From: a virus
Taxonomy: Duplodnaviria > Caudoviricetes
Length of the DNA stretch: 62,079 nucleotides
Direction: 5' to 3' (one strand)
Virus record (IMG/VR): IMGVR_UViG_3300012942_000049
Span: 1 to 62,079 of that record
The translations under genes were made by a program, and so were the position numbers. The notes below the pieces were generated by a model. The model was not told the DNA's origin and made no database searches. It saw only the letters and a list, made by a program, of their open reading frames with translations. This document shows positions 27,823 to 37,228 of the stretch, one piece after another; the first letter of the stretch is position 1; each line of letters begins with the position of its first letter.

Positions 27823-28478
27823 ATAACAAAGAATTGATCGAAGAGCTACGCAACTATCAGAGTGCATATGAGTTTCAGTCTGGCCGTACCGAAGATGGGT
27901 ATGTCAGATGGCCAGACATGGCCGAACGCGCGGAGCAATATAAGCGTTACGCGGATGAGTTGGAGGCTGCACAGGAGCGCATCACTGAACTCGAAGCCGA
28001 ACGTGACGAATGGCGTCGGAAGTTCACCGACTGTCACCCGATCCACCTGGATGGCGTGCAGCGAGCGTTCAGGGCCGAAGCTGAGCGTGACACTCTCGCC
28101 ACCCGAGTGAAAGAACTTGAAATGGACCTCCAGTTCAAGCGCCGTTCCAACGGCAGACTGGGGGAACGCTATGTGGAGGCCGAGCGTGAGCGCCAGTTAG
28201 CGCTCGCCACACTCGCCGCTATAACAGAGAAGGTAAGTTACTACATGCACCCTGACTCGGGCGCCGTAGATGACGAAGTGCTGGCCGATTTTGCCGCCAT
28301 TCTCGATGCCTCTCCCGTCAAAAAGAAAGAGCACCAAGAAGAGTTTGGTGTCCGACCTTTAGATGAAGAATGGCATCCTGGGGATGCTTGCGGATCTTGC
28401 GGAAGTACTAAAACCTATCTAGACGATGACATGATCGCATGCTGTCGTTCTTGCGGAAGGAGTGATGCTGATGAGTGA
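27819..28478 (+). CDS. Coiled-coil hypothetical protein with C-terminal zinc ribbon
   Basis: Heptad repeats; CGSCG...CRSCG. Confidence 0.65.
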   Translation: MNNKELIEELRNYQSAYEFQSGRTEDGYVRWPDMAERAEQYKRYADELEAAQERITELEAERDEWRRKFTDCHPIHLDGVQRAFRAEAERDTLATRVKELEMDLQFKRRSNGRLGERYVEAERERQLALATLAAITEKVSYYMHPDSGAVDDEVLADFAAILDASPVKKKEHQEEFGVRPLDEEWHPGDACGSCGSTKTYLDDDMIACCRSCGRSDADE

Positions 28479-28662
28479 CCTGACCGAAACCCTGGCCGAG
28501 ATACATAAGCACATTGATAGTGATCCGACCTATTATGAACGTAAGATGTTGTCCGCCATAGAGAGTGTGCTGACGCTGTGCGACGAGTATGAACAGCCAC
28601 GACACACCCAGGAGCCATTGACTCGCCGCATTCGCAAGGCTCTGACTGATGCGTTGGCTTAG
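28471..28662 (+). CDS. Hypothetical protein
   Basis: AAGGAG RBS. Confidence 0.55.
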   Translation: MSDLTETLAEIHKHIDSDPTYYERKMLSAIESVLTLCDEYEQPRHTQEPLTRRIRKALTDALA

Positions 28663-28699
28663 CCTTGACGCGGTTTATTAGATGCTATAGCATTGCATC

Positions 28700-29059
28700 A
28701 TGACCGAATCGCCCAAGCCAAAGCCACCAAATAATCCTCCACACCCGCCGGCAGCATTTTTCGCCGGTACTAAGATGTGGGAGCGATATCGGGGTCTAAT
28801 CGCTGCTTCGGAATGGGTCGGTTCTTATGAGATTGAGGATCCCGAGGGGAAGCAATACGCCTCAATCACGATCAGCGCTGCATTCAATCGCGCAAAGTCG
28901 CTCTCTAATGCGCTTAAAATGTTCCCTGAAGCGCCTGACGATATGCTTATTGCATATGACATGTTGACTAAAGGGCTTGCGCGCATGGAGCGCAAAATCG
29001 CTCGACTTTATCGGGAGAAGATTGCGACACTAAAGACAGTTACTGTGAGGAGTAAATAA
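28700..29059 (+). CDS. Hypothetical protein, predicted leaderless
   Basis: TTGACG(28665)-17-TAGCAT-6nt-ATG. Confidence 0.65.
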   Translation: MTESPKPKPPNNPPHPPAAFFAGTKMWERYRGLIAASEWVGSYEIEDPEGKQYASITISAAFNRAKSLSNALKMFPEAPDDMLIAYDMLTKGLARMERKIARLYREKIATLKTVTVRSK

Positions 29060-29061
29060 CA

Positions 29062-29325
29062 ATGGCAATTGAGGTTTCGAACTGGGATGTATTGATTACA
29101 CCACAAGGTCGAAAGCCCTACAAAAACCGACGAGAGCTTGAGAAAGCTTGGAATGAGAACGCTGACTTCGTTCATGGACGAACTGGAGTATGGCTTTCTC
29201 AGCGGGAAATCAAACAATATGCTCCTCAGGTTGAGCGGGTAATTATCCGCTACGGTGAAAGACTCGAGAAGACTTTTACCGCATGGGTTAGAGAAGGAAC
29301 TAAGGGTGAGCAACCAAGTAGTTAA
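29062..29325 (+). CDS. Hypothetical protein
   Basis: GAGGAG RBS. Confidence 0.6.
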   Translation: MAIEVSNWDVLITPQGRKPYKNRRELEKAWNENADFVHGRTGVWLSQREIKQYAPQVERVIIRYGERLEKTFTAWVREGTKGEQPSS

Positions 29326-29527
29326 TGCCACAATCAGAGTTCGAGCCATCCCTCTGGGGGCTCTTGAGCAGATTATGGATCTGATTGCTGAGGAGGCTAA
29401 TCGGGTATCTTGTGACTTTACACCCACGCAAGAACAATTGCTGGTTGGTGTGGATAAGAAACCTCAGCTATGGTCTCGCGATAAGCCTTTGAGTTCGGTT
29501 CGTGGTCATGGTAAGATGGAGAAATGA
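29306..29527 (+). CDS. Hypothetical protein
   Basis: GTG start after AAGGA. Confidence 0.5.
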   Translation: MSNQVVNATIRVRAIPLGALEQIMDLIAEEANRVSCDFTPTQEQLLVGVDKKPQLWSRDKPLSSVRGHGKMEK

Positions 29528-29679
29528 TCCCCCAAAGTACTGAACAGCAGAACTGGCAAGTCCAGACCCTTGATGGCGTATGCATGAGTGATCATTCCAC
29601 ACAAGAGGAAGCTCAGGCCGAGCGCGAACGACTTTCAAAAGATTACCAGGAATACTTTAGAGTAAGGAGAACCGCATAA
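29524..29679 (+). CDS. Small hypothetical protein (51 aa)
   Basis: ATGA and TAATG overlaps with neighbours. Confidence 0.5.
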   Translation: MIPQSTEQQNWQVQTLDGVCMSDHSTQEEAQAERERLSKDYQEYFRVRRTA

Positions 29680-30062
29680 TGGCCAGTTTTCTAGAAGATG
29701 CCAAGGGTAAAACTGTTGTAGAAGTCGCTGCACGTATTTCCCATGACTATGACATCGAGTTTCATAAGGTACTAACTGGTATTCTCAGGGTTACTGATCT
29801 TTGGAATCAGTACGAGGATCTTAGAAACTTCAAAGAGATTGTCGATACACTGCAAATTAAGGTAGTTGTAAGACAACCTCCCGAGTTTGATAGTCCTGAA
29901 TGGGCTACTCCTGAAGCCTATATAGGACCGCTTGTGGGTGTGGTGTTTGAGGACACCCTCTTTAAGCCATCTCAGCTGGTTTTTAATTCTGATGGTTATG
30001 CCACCATACCTCTTCGCTCCTTTATTGCTCAAGTATCGAGGGCGGAGAACGAAAAGCCTTGA
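29679..30062 (+). CDS. Hypothetical protein
   Basis: AAGGAG RBS. Confidence 0.6.
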   Translation: MASFLEDAKGKTVVEVAARISHDYDIEFHKVLTGILRVTDLWNQYEDLRNFKEIVDTLQIKVVVRQPPEFDSPEWATPEAYIGPLVGVVFEDTLFKPSQLVFNSDGYATIPLRSFIAQVSRAENEKP

Positions 30063-30137
30063 CAAGGTTTATCATGCGCCTATAGCATGATGATGCACCA
30101 CCTAAAATGCCAAGGAAACCGAAGAAAGGGATACCAA

Positions 30138-31622
30138 GTGAATCTCAAAAAGCTAGTTGCTCTTGCGGGAGTAACAGCCGTAGTTGCCACCGGGGCGGTG
30201 ATGTTCGGGGCAATGCCAGCATCGGCACACACACCTACTGTGACTGCGGACTGTTCGACTGGGTTGACAGTTAACCTAGTGGACTATTCAACGAATGGTG
30301 GTCATCCTCAGGATAACGAGGTGACTGTAACCATCGATGGTACTCAGGTCGATGACCAGCAGTTCGGTGCCTCGTTCAACCAGACGTACCCGCTGGGCGA
30401 CCAGTATGCTGCTCATACCTACGAGGTGAAGGTCAATGCCTGGGATGGCAAGCAGTACGACCTCGACAAGAGCGGCTCACTCGATGCCTGCAAGACTGAC
30501 CCTGCTCAGCCGCCAGCACAGGTAACTGATACTGATTGGGTCGATGGAACTGCAGTTTGCGGTGACACTACCATCGCTCAGACTCGTACTGAGACCACGA
30601 CGCCTTATGTTTTGGTTGATCACGAGTGGGTGCTCGACAGTGACCATGCAACTTCGGTTACTCAGACTCAGACTAGGCCGCTTAGCGATGCCGAACTGGC
30701 TGCACTTCAGCAGAGCTGCGCACCGCCCATTCCAGAACCTCAGCAATGCACCTCAACTGGTAGCTGGTATAGTGAAGACACCGCTCCCATTCAGGGTGAA
30801 GATGGTCTGGACTTTAAGGGTCAGGGTACCGCAGTCGATTACTACCAGCCGGTAACGGGAAATCTGCAGGGGTTGGGTAACCAGTCCATCACCTTTGCGA
30901 ATGTTTCGGGGTATCAGCCCAGTTTCACCATCGTTTTCAACCGCGAGGGTAATTCTGGATATGCCAACTTGGTTGCTGAGTGGTACATGAATGGTGGCTC
31001 GCCTGACACGGCTGGAACCTTCAGCATCGATGCGACCACCAAGTTCTGGACGAACAAGATTGCCAATCCTGCACCAGGCAGCCAGTCTGACCCGCAGCCC
31101 TTGAGCTTCTTCGTTCAGGAGTATCCTAACAATGAGCTCATCTCATTGGGGGCTCACCTCGGGAGTGCCCAGGGTGATGATACTCACAGTGCAGTGACTG
31201 CGATCAGTGGGTGCGCTTCTGCCAACTTCGTTCCGACGAAGCCGGCTGATGAAGTTACCGTGAAGACGACACCATCGACTCAGTGCACCCCCAGTGGTGG
31301 TACTGAGACCGATACGACCGTGACGACGACTACCCCTTATATTTGGGATGCCGACAACGCGAAGTACGTCCTCGACACTGACAACGCCAAGGCAGTTACT
31401 ACGATCAGTACTCGCGCCGCAACCGCTGACGAGTGCCCCGTAACGACTACCACTTCCACACCGCCAGCAGCTATCTCGGTCAACAGCAGTCCTACTGGAC
31501 TTGCTGACACTGGGAGCAACATCGATGCTTCGATGATCGCTGGGGGCATTATGCTCGCAGGGCTGGGCTTCGGTATTGGGCTGATCATCTTCAGCATCCG
31601 CCGCCGGCACGCGATGAAGTAA
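30138..31622 (+). CDS. Secreted, sortase-anchored cell-surface protein (LAxTG)
   Basis: Signal peptide ending ASA; Thr-rich body; LADTG + TM helix + RRRH tail; own promoter and terminator (31640-31662). Confidence 0.8.
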   Translation: MNLKKLVALAGVTAVVATGAVMFGAMPASAHTPTVTADCSTGLTVNLVDYSTNGGHPQDNEVTVTIDGTQVDDQQFGASFNQTYPLGDQYAAHTYEVKVNAWDGKQYDLDKSGSLDACKTDPAQPPAQVTDTDWVDGTAVCGDTTIAQTRTETTTPYVLVDHEWVLDSDHATSVTQTQTRPLSDAELAALQQSCAPPIPEPQQCTSTGSWYSEDTAPIQGEDGLDFKGQGTAVDYYQPVTGNLQGLGNQSITFANVSGYQPSFTIVFNREGNSGYANLVAEWYMNGGSPDTAGTFSIDATTKFWTNKIANPAPGSQSDPQPLSFFVQEYPNNELISLGAHLGSAQGDDTHSAVTAISGCASANFVPTKPADEVTVKTTPSTQCTPSGGTETDTTVTTTTPYIWDADNAKYVLDTDNAKAVTTISTRAATADECPVTTTTSTPPAAISVNSSPTGLADTGSNIDASMIAGGIMLAGLGFGIGLIIFSIRRRHAMK

Positions 31623-31717
31623 CACCTAGCACAATTGGTGGGGCCCCGAGAAATCGGGGTCCTACTGCTGTGTATCAAATTGTTGACAGGGGCAGCATGA
31701 TGCTATAGCATTGAAGT

Positions 31718-31861
31718 ATGCCGAATCATCTTAAAGCTAAAGTGACATACCGACCTCGCCGTCGCCGAAGGATGTGGAAGTCATACTGGAAGAAGTTCTT
31801 TAGGGACTTCAAGTATGCCTTCATGGCTACTTTCAAGGAGGTCTTTGGTGAGCGAGACTGA
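31718..31861 (+). CDS. 47-aa Arg/aromatic-rich peptide, predicted leaderless
   Basis: TTGACA(31683)-17-TAGCAT-6nt-ATG; MPNHLKAKVTYRPRRRRRMW... Confidence 0.55.
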   Translation: MPNHLKAKVTYRPRRRRRMWKSYWKKFFRDFKYAFMATFKEVFGERD

Positions 31862-32021
31862 CCCACTGGGCAAAGTGCCAAGGTATGTCCTTTTCAGGGG
31901 GAGGAAAGCTCGCGTGATAGGATATGAGAACGGTCGCTTCGAAATTCTGGACTACCAAGACCAGAAAAGACTAGTCTCCCGGTCTCAAATCACTTTCATA
32001 CCTCCTAGGAAGACTAAATGA
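31848..32021 (+). CDS. Small SH3-like hypothetical protein
   Basis: GTG after AAGGAGG. Confidence 0.55.
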   Translation: MSETDPLGKVPRYVLFRGRKARVIGYENGRFEILDYQDQKRLVSRSQITFIPPRKTK

Positions 32022-32308
32022 CTCGCTTTGTTTTGGGTCAAGTAATTCAACTCCCCGTAGGGTACACGGTAGTGCCCTATAAGCAAAGGGGTTCTGGATA
32101 CTTTAGCATTATCGTTGCTGGGGTCGATGAACTGCAAGATCATGTGGGACTCTCACTGTTTTTCTTCACCGACTTGCTCACTAAGGGCGAAGTAATCGAT
32201 ATTCGATCATTGCTAAAGTCTACAGAAGCCAAACTGATAGATGCCATGAGTGAGTATATCCCGACTATACCCGATATCCCACTCTTTGAGCTACATGAAA
32301 TGGAGTAA
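32018..32308 (+). CDS. Hypothetical protein
   Basis: ATGA overlap. Confidence 0.55.
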   Translation: MTRFVLGQVIQLPVGYTVVPYKQRGSGYFSIIVAGVDELQDHVGLSLFFFTDLLTKGEVIDIRSLLKSTEAKLIDAMSEYIPTIPDIPLFELHEME

Positions 32309-32314
32309 AAAACC

Positions 32315-32896
32315 ATGATTATCCTTTGGATACTGATCGGGATATGCATCCTTGGAATGATCGTCTCAGCCTATGGCTTGGGCGAATATAGAGCTAGTAA
32401 AAGGTACTACTTCCCACTGACAATTGAGGGATCAGAAAACGACGTAAAGCCTCAGGTTGAACCAATTCCTGAGGTTTCTTTGTATCTAGCCACCCATACT
32501 GGTGAAATCAACGTAATACCCTCCCCGCCAACAGGTCCAATTGTTCTGCCCCACCTTGGTGTGGATGATGTTATTGAGATTCGTTCAGAAGTAGAGGTCA
32601 TTCGTGAATTGCGCGAGCAGGTAACAGAGCTTGAATCCGAATTGACTAAAGAACGACAACTGTGCGCTCATATCAAGCGAATTAAGCAGATGCATTGGCG
32701 CACGATTGAGCGGCTTAGGGTTCAACTGAAGGCGATTGAGTCAGTCAACGAGAGTCTGTCAGTACAGCATATCTTGAACTGGAGTTACTATCGCTCACTT
32801 CAAGAAGTTAAGCGAGAAAAGATCTTCAGATTGTCCTTCCAACAATGGAATCGAGCAATGGTTTGGGAGAAAGAGGCTGCGCTGTGCCTCTCTTGA
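32315..32896 (+). CDS. Membrane-anchored coiled-coil protein
   Basis: N-terminal TM helix; coiled coil. Confidence 0.6.
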   Translation: MIILWILIGICILGMIVSAYGLGEYRASKRYYFPLTIEGSENDVKPQVEPIPEVSLYLATHTGEINVIPSPPTGPIVLPHLGVDDVIEIRSEVEVIRELREQVTELESELTKERQLCAHIKRIKQMHWRTIERLRVQLKAIESVNESLSVQHILNWSYYRSLQEVKREKIFRLSFQQWNRAMVWEKEAALCLS

Positions 32897-33057
32897 TCCT
32901 AGGTATATGGTTTATTGACATCTTTCTGGTTGCGGGGTTCATTATCGCTTTGGGACTCTTGATGATTTTGGTCAATGCGATCATTGCGATGATTAGAGTT
33001 ATCATTGAGGCGCGCTCAGAGAGGGTAAGGATTCGCCAATATAAGGCCTATTGGTGA
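32884..33057 (+). CDS. Small membrane protein
   Basis: Long hydrophobic helix; GTG start after GAGG. Confidence 0.5.
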   Translation: MPLLILGIWFIDIFLVAGFIIALGLLMILVNAIIAMIRVIIEARSERVRIRQYKAYW

Positions 33058-33128
33058 TTGGTCGATATACCAATTCGGTTTGATTGACAATCAATTCTCG
33101 GACCTAATAGGATGGGTGAAGAGGACTT

Positions 33129-33419
33129 ATGATACTTCATGTAATTAGCTTGGTGCTAGCAGTGGCAAACTTGATCTTGCTCATTGTTCTACTCAGGCAT
33201 TTGACGGAACTTAGTATCACAGTTGATAGGATTGGGATGGCCTATAGAACTAGGCAGTCACAAATCAAACAACAGACTGGGATTACTCATAAGAATCCTC
33301 AGGTAGATGCCCATGCTCGAACTACTAAGCGTGATTCCAATGACTTAGAAGTTCGAGGTGCTCGTATGAGTCGCCAGACCAAGAGGTACAAGGTTGACAG
33401 CGAAAATTTTAACGGTTAA
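33129..33419 (+). CDS. Membrane protein
   Basis: N-terminal TM; promoter TTGACA(33084)...TAGGAT. Confidence 0.55.
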   Translation: MILHVISLVLAVANLILLIVLLRHLTELSITVDRIGMAYRTRQSQIKQQTGITHKNPQVDAHARTTKRDSNDLEVRGARMSRQTKRYKVDSENFNG

Positions 33420-34098
33420 CTTCAGCAAAGTTCCCGATATTGTGGAACATGCTAGTGGTGTCACGCAAGGTCCTCGACCTAGCACTGAAGCACCCACAAC
33501 TGCTGATGGTAAGCTGCTGACACCGAAGCAGATACGCGCTCGCGCTCGTCGCAAGATGAAGCGAATGGAACGCATGACTGACCAGGAGTTTAGTTACCTT
33601 TACTCTAAGCCCATTGACGAGTGGGACTTGGATGAATTGGCTCATGGGCGACCGCGTAATTCAGAGGGCAGGTTCAGTGGACCTAAACCTAAGTGGATTA
33701 CAACGGCTATCCATGAAGAGGCTATGACTCGGTATACCAGTGCGGTTAAATCGAGGATGAATGCCACTACGGTTGATGCCCTAGATGTTATCAAACAACT
33801 GATCAATGATGATGAGCGAGATGATAAGGGTAAGCCCATTGTACCAGCAGGAACTAAACTTGAGGCTGCCAAATTCCTTATCGAGCATGTTGTGGGTAAG
33901 CCTACTCAGCGTCTCGAGCAGGATGTCTCAGTTAAGCTGCAGGGTATTCTTGGTCAGGTTATGGTAAACCCTGCAGAAGTACTGAATGGACACCAAACAT
34001 ACGAACTGGGTCACTTGCCTGGTATCACAATCCCACTAGGAGTTGAAGAAGATGCCGGATCCGACGATGACGAACTCCTCGACAGTTTCTCCGGATGA
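33394..34098 (+). CDS. Putative terminase small subunit
   Basis: Helical protein with KLEAAKFLIEH..GKP motif at the start of the late region. Confidence 0.5.
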   Translation: MTAKILTVNFSKVPDIVEHASGVTQGPRPSTEAPTTADGKLLTPKQIRARARRKMKRMERMTDQEFSYLYSKPIDEWDLDELAHGRPRNSEGRFSGPKPKWITTAIHEEAMTRYTSAVKSRMNATTVDALDVIKQLINDDERDDKGKPIVPAGTKLEAAKFLIEHVVGKPTQRLEQDVSVKLQGILGQVMVNPAEVLNGHQTYELGHLPGITIPLGVEEDAGSDDDELLDSFSG

Positions 34099-34354
34099 CC
34101 CCTGTGCCATTTGCGGAACTACACGTGAGAATCATGGGGATAGAAAGCATAAGTTCTCCATCGATGGTTCACTTAATCCGCTAGATCCCCCCGCCCCTAG
34201 AAGGCAGGCTCCCACACCAGCTGGGCAGGCCCTAGCGAAGGACCCTACTACTGCAATGACACTTCGCCTGGTAGAAGTACTTATCCAAAAGGGTGTTCTT
34301 CTGGGTGATGACCTTATTCATATCTTTGGTGGTGAGAAGGCTGAGAGTCATTGA
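34068..34354 (+). CDS. Hypothetical protein (start uncertain)
   Basis: CAICG...H...H. Confidence 0.45.
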
Positions 34355-34676
34355 GGGTAACCTGGAACGTGATCTTCTATACATCTTAAAACTCAGGGCT
34401 CCACATGAAGCGGTGGGGCTACTGAATGGTGATCAAATCATAGAGCTCCCAAATCGCCATGAGGAGCCTACCCATAACTTTCTCATTCATCGCGATGATA
34501 TACTCGAGGCACTGAATCGCAGTGGAACTATCAACTATGATGAACTGGTTCTCTGGCACACCCACCCTCGAGGAGGTGTGGGACCTAGTCGTATTGATAT
34601 GCGGCAAAAGACCCAGTTTCCATATCATCTAGTGCTTACTTTGGAACAAAACACACTGATTCCTGCTTGGTATTAA
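34293..34676 (+). CDS. JAB/MPN (Mov34) metalloprotease (true start probably ~34329)
   Basis: PHEAVG ... WHTHP ... PSRID JAMM motif. Confidence 0.8.
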   Translation: MFFWVMTLFISLVVRRLRVIEGNLERDLLYILKLRAPHEAVGLLNGDQIIELPNRHEEPTHNFLIHRDDILEALNRSGTINYDELVLWHTHPRGGVGPSRIDMRQKTQFPYHLVLTLEQNTLIPAWY

Positions 34677-34731
34677 AGCTGTCTGAGTTTCCCTGATAAA
34701 ATGAGGGTGTTTCTAGTCTAGAAAAGGTCTC

Positions 34732-35181
34732 ATGAAAACCCTCACCGAATGGTACCGATCAACGATCTGGTATAATCCTCGGTCTGTTAGAATTAGTAGT
34801 AACCAAGTCTTAGCTGTTAGTTACCATCGAACTGCTGCCACCACCTACTTTGTTTATTTGGTTTGGGGCATTCTCTCCTCAGTTGATGATGACCATTACC
34901 AAGATTGGTTTCCCTTTCTCATTGTAGTGGCATCTTTCCTGGCTTTCATTGGAGCTAACTGCTTTCCTAGCACAGGAAGAATAGAACTATTTGCTGCTTC
35001 AGCACTGACGGTTCTAATCCTGACATTCATTATGCTGACCCTTGTACATGCCGTTACAGTGCATCCAGGTACTTGGTCAGCTAATCTTGTGTTGGATGCC
35101 TCATTCCTCATCATACCAGTTTCACGCATTAGTTTTATTATCCGGCAGCTTTTGCGCGAGGCCTCTAGGAGTAAGAAGTGA
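34732..35181 (+). CDS. Multi-pass membrane protein (lysis cassette)
   Basis: About 4 TM helices. Confidence 0.6.
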   Translation: MKTLTEWYRSTIWYNPRSVRISSNQVLAVSYHRTAATTYFVYLVWGILSSVDDDHYQDWFPFLIVVASFLAFIGANCFPSTGRIELFAASALTVLILTFIMLTLVHAVTVHPGTWSANLVLDASFLIIPVSRISFIIRQLLREASRSKK

Positions 35182-35675
35182 CTTGGTGGCAAACTATCTT
35201 GCTAACGCTTATAACGGCATCTGTACCTGCTGTTATAAGTTGGGTTCTGAGACGCAAAGGTGCTAATAAGCGACTCGAGCTTGAAGAGGGTAGTCTTTCC
35301 GTTAGTCAATTCAATGCTCAAACAACAGCCTATCAGGACCTCCTTGATAGAGCTAACAAGGCTCTTGCTGATGCTAACAAAACGGCTGTAGGTTTAGCAG
35401 ATGAACTCAAGACATACAAGAGTGAACGAGAATCTCTCGTGGACACTGTAAAAAAGCAGGGTACAAAGATTGAACTGCTGCAAGAAGCAGACAACGAGAA
35501 AACTGATGCTCTGATCAGAACTAATGGTAAGTTGGAAACACTTCGCGGTTTGTTTTTAAGTTATGTCACGCGAACTGGTATACCATTGACGATGCAAGAA
35601 CAGGCCATCTTCGATGATACACTCCCCAGTGATATTGTTCGAAGCTTGACCAAGAACCCGCCAATTACTACATAG
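35178..35675 (+). CDS. Membrane-anchored coiled-coil protein (lysis cassette)
   Basis: N-terminal TM then coiled coil, directly upstream of endolysin. Confidence 0.6.
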   Translation: MTWWQTILLTLITASVPAVISWVLRRKGANKRLELEEGSLSVSQFNAQTTAYQDLLDRANKALADANKTAVGLADELKTYKSERESLVDTVKKQGTKIELLQEADNEKTDALIRTNGKLETLRGLFLSYVTRTGIPLTMQEQAIFDDTLPSDIVRSLTKNPPITT

Positions 35676-35684
35676 GAGAAAACA

Positions 35685-36641
35685 ATGACAAGTAACGGTC
35701 AGCTCGATACGAGCCAGCTTGTTCAGGCCGCTAATGGCGCGCCCGGTCAGGTTCTCGAGCGCAACACTGCTGCAGCTTGGGCTAACATGGTCGCAGCAGC
35801 CGCAAGCGATGGTGTAAGACTTGCGCCTGAGCCTGATGATGGTATTCCCTCATGCTATCGTGATCTGGCTCACCAGCAGTACGCCTGGGATCAGTACAAG
35901 AATCACGGGGGCAATGTCGCAGCAGTTCCGGGAACATCTAATCATGGTGACGGTACGGCGATCGACATCGCTATCACCTCGGCGGTTAAGAACTGGCTCG
36001 ACAACAACGCCTCAAGGTTCGGATTCAGCAATGCCGAGGGTAAAGCCAACGGCGAGAACTGGCACTGGGATTATGTCGGTGGTGGATCCTCTGGTGGAGC
36101 AGATGATGGTTCTGCGCAGGATACCAAGAATCGCCAGGAATGGCTGATCAGTCAGGGCTATGATCTTGGTCCTTCTGGTGCTGATGCGGTCAAGGGTCCC
36201 AAGACGATTGCTGCTTACAAGGCCTACCAGACCTTCCTCAAGCAGAATTGGGGCTACACTGGCGCTATCGATGGAGAATGGGGTAGTGGAACTCAGGCAG
36301 CGCACCAGCGATACTGGGACTCACTGCACCCGGCACCTGCTCCTGCGACTGGTAACCCCTTTGGTATCGACGATGTTCGAGGCCTTCAGAAGATCGCTAA
36401 GCTCTACGGTTATACTGGAGGAATCGACAACGACTGGGGCGCTGGATCTGCTTCTGGTTTCTCGCAGTTCCTTCGAAAGAACTGGGGATATTCGGGTAAC
36501 GATGTTCTTGGTCCCGTAATGTGGTCCGCCATTGCTCGCTGGCTCCGAGGTCGCTGGGGTTACGTTGGCAATGACGTTCCTGGTCCTGTGATGCGCGCCG
36601 CGCTTTCTCAGGCCAACACTGCTAATTTCCAGCAGCTGTAA
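35685..36641 (+). CDS. Endolysin: M15-family peptidase plus peptidoglycan-binding repeats
   Basis: SCYR, PGTSNHGDGTAID, ENWHWDY; GYTG.IDG.WG repeats. Confidence 0.88.
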   Translation: MTSNGQLDTSQLVQAANGAPGQVLERNTAAAWANMVAAAASDGVRLAPEPDDGIPSCYRDLAHQQYAWDQYKNHGGNVAAVPGTSNHGDGTAIDIAITSAVKNWLDNNASRFGFSNAEGKANGENWHWDYVGGGSSGGADDGSAQDTKNRQEWLISQGYDLGPSGADAVKGPKTIAAYKAYQTFLKQNWGYTGAIDGEWGSGTQAAHQRYWDSLHPAPAPATGNPFGIDDVRGLQKIAKLYGYTGGIDNDWGAGSASGFSQFLRKNWGYSGNDVLGPVMWSAIARWLRGRWGYVGNDVPGPVMRAALSQANTANFQQL

Positions 36642-36663
36642 AGCTCAACCAAGGAGAAACTAA

Positions 36664-37056
36664 ATGAGTACCACTAGTGATACAACTGGTCAGGCGGTTA
36701 CGCCCGATCAGCCGAGTCAGTACACCAAGGCTGCGATTGCAGTTATCGGTTCAGGTCTTGTAGTCGTTCTGACTGCAGTGGCTGCCGGTGGAGCAGTAAA
36801 TCCCCTTACAGTAGTCAATGCCATTCTTGCTGCCATCACGGTAGTGCCGGTGGCATGGACCAGCCAGAAGTGGTGGGGCAAGGCGATTGCCGCCGGCATC
36901 GTTGCTGCTCTTCAGCTTCTGGTTACTCTGCTCTCGCCGACTCTCGGCTGGGGCGAAGTTTCGGGGCTGAACTGGTCGGCAGTAATTCTGGCCTTCGTCA
37001 CTGCAGCTGGTGTGGGAATCATCCCCAACAAGCAGAACCTCGCATTGGCGGCATAA
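36664..37056 (+). CDS. Holin
   Basis: 4 hydrophobic helices directly after endolysin. Confidence 0.75.
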   Translation: MSTTSDTTGQAVTPDQPSQYTKAAIAVIGSGLVVVLTAVAAGGAVNPLTVVNAILAAITVVPVAWTSQKWWGKAIAAGIVAALQLLVTLLSPTLGWGEVSGLNWSAVILAFVTAAGVGIIPNKQNLALAA

Positions 37057-37059
37057 GTC

Positions 37060-37134
37060 ATGGACCAGGATCAATCTGATTACGTAGTTCCAATCGATCC
37101 TATGGATTTGCTGCAGTGTGACAGCTGCCAGTAG
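37060..37134 (+). CDS. 24-aa peptide ending in CDSCQ
   Basis: MDQDQSDYVVPIDPMDLLQCDSCQ; between holin stop and terminator. Confidence 0.55.
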   Translation: MDQDQSDYVVPIDPMDLLQCDSCQ

Positions 37135-37152
37135 GAGGTGATCCTCTTTCTC

Positions 37153-37193
37153 TGAGGGGCCCGGAGGGATTCTACTCCCCCTCTGGGCCCTTT
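37153..37193 (+). terminator. Intrinsic terminator of lysis operon
   Basis: GGGCCCGGAGGG / CCCTCTGGGCCC + TTT. Confidence 0.75.
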
Positions 37194-37228
37194 GGTATAT
37201 AATGAGACCCAATTGAGGTGAAAAAACC

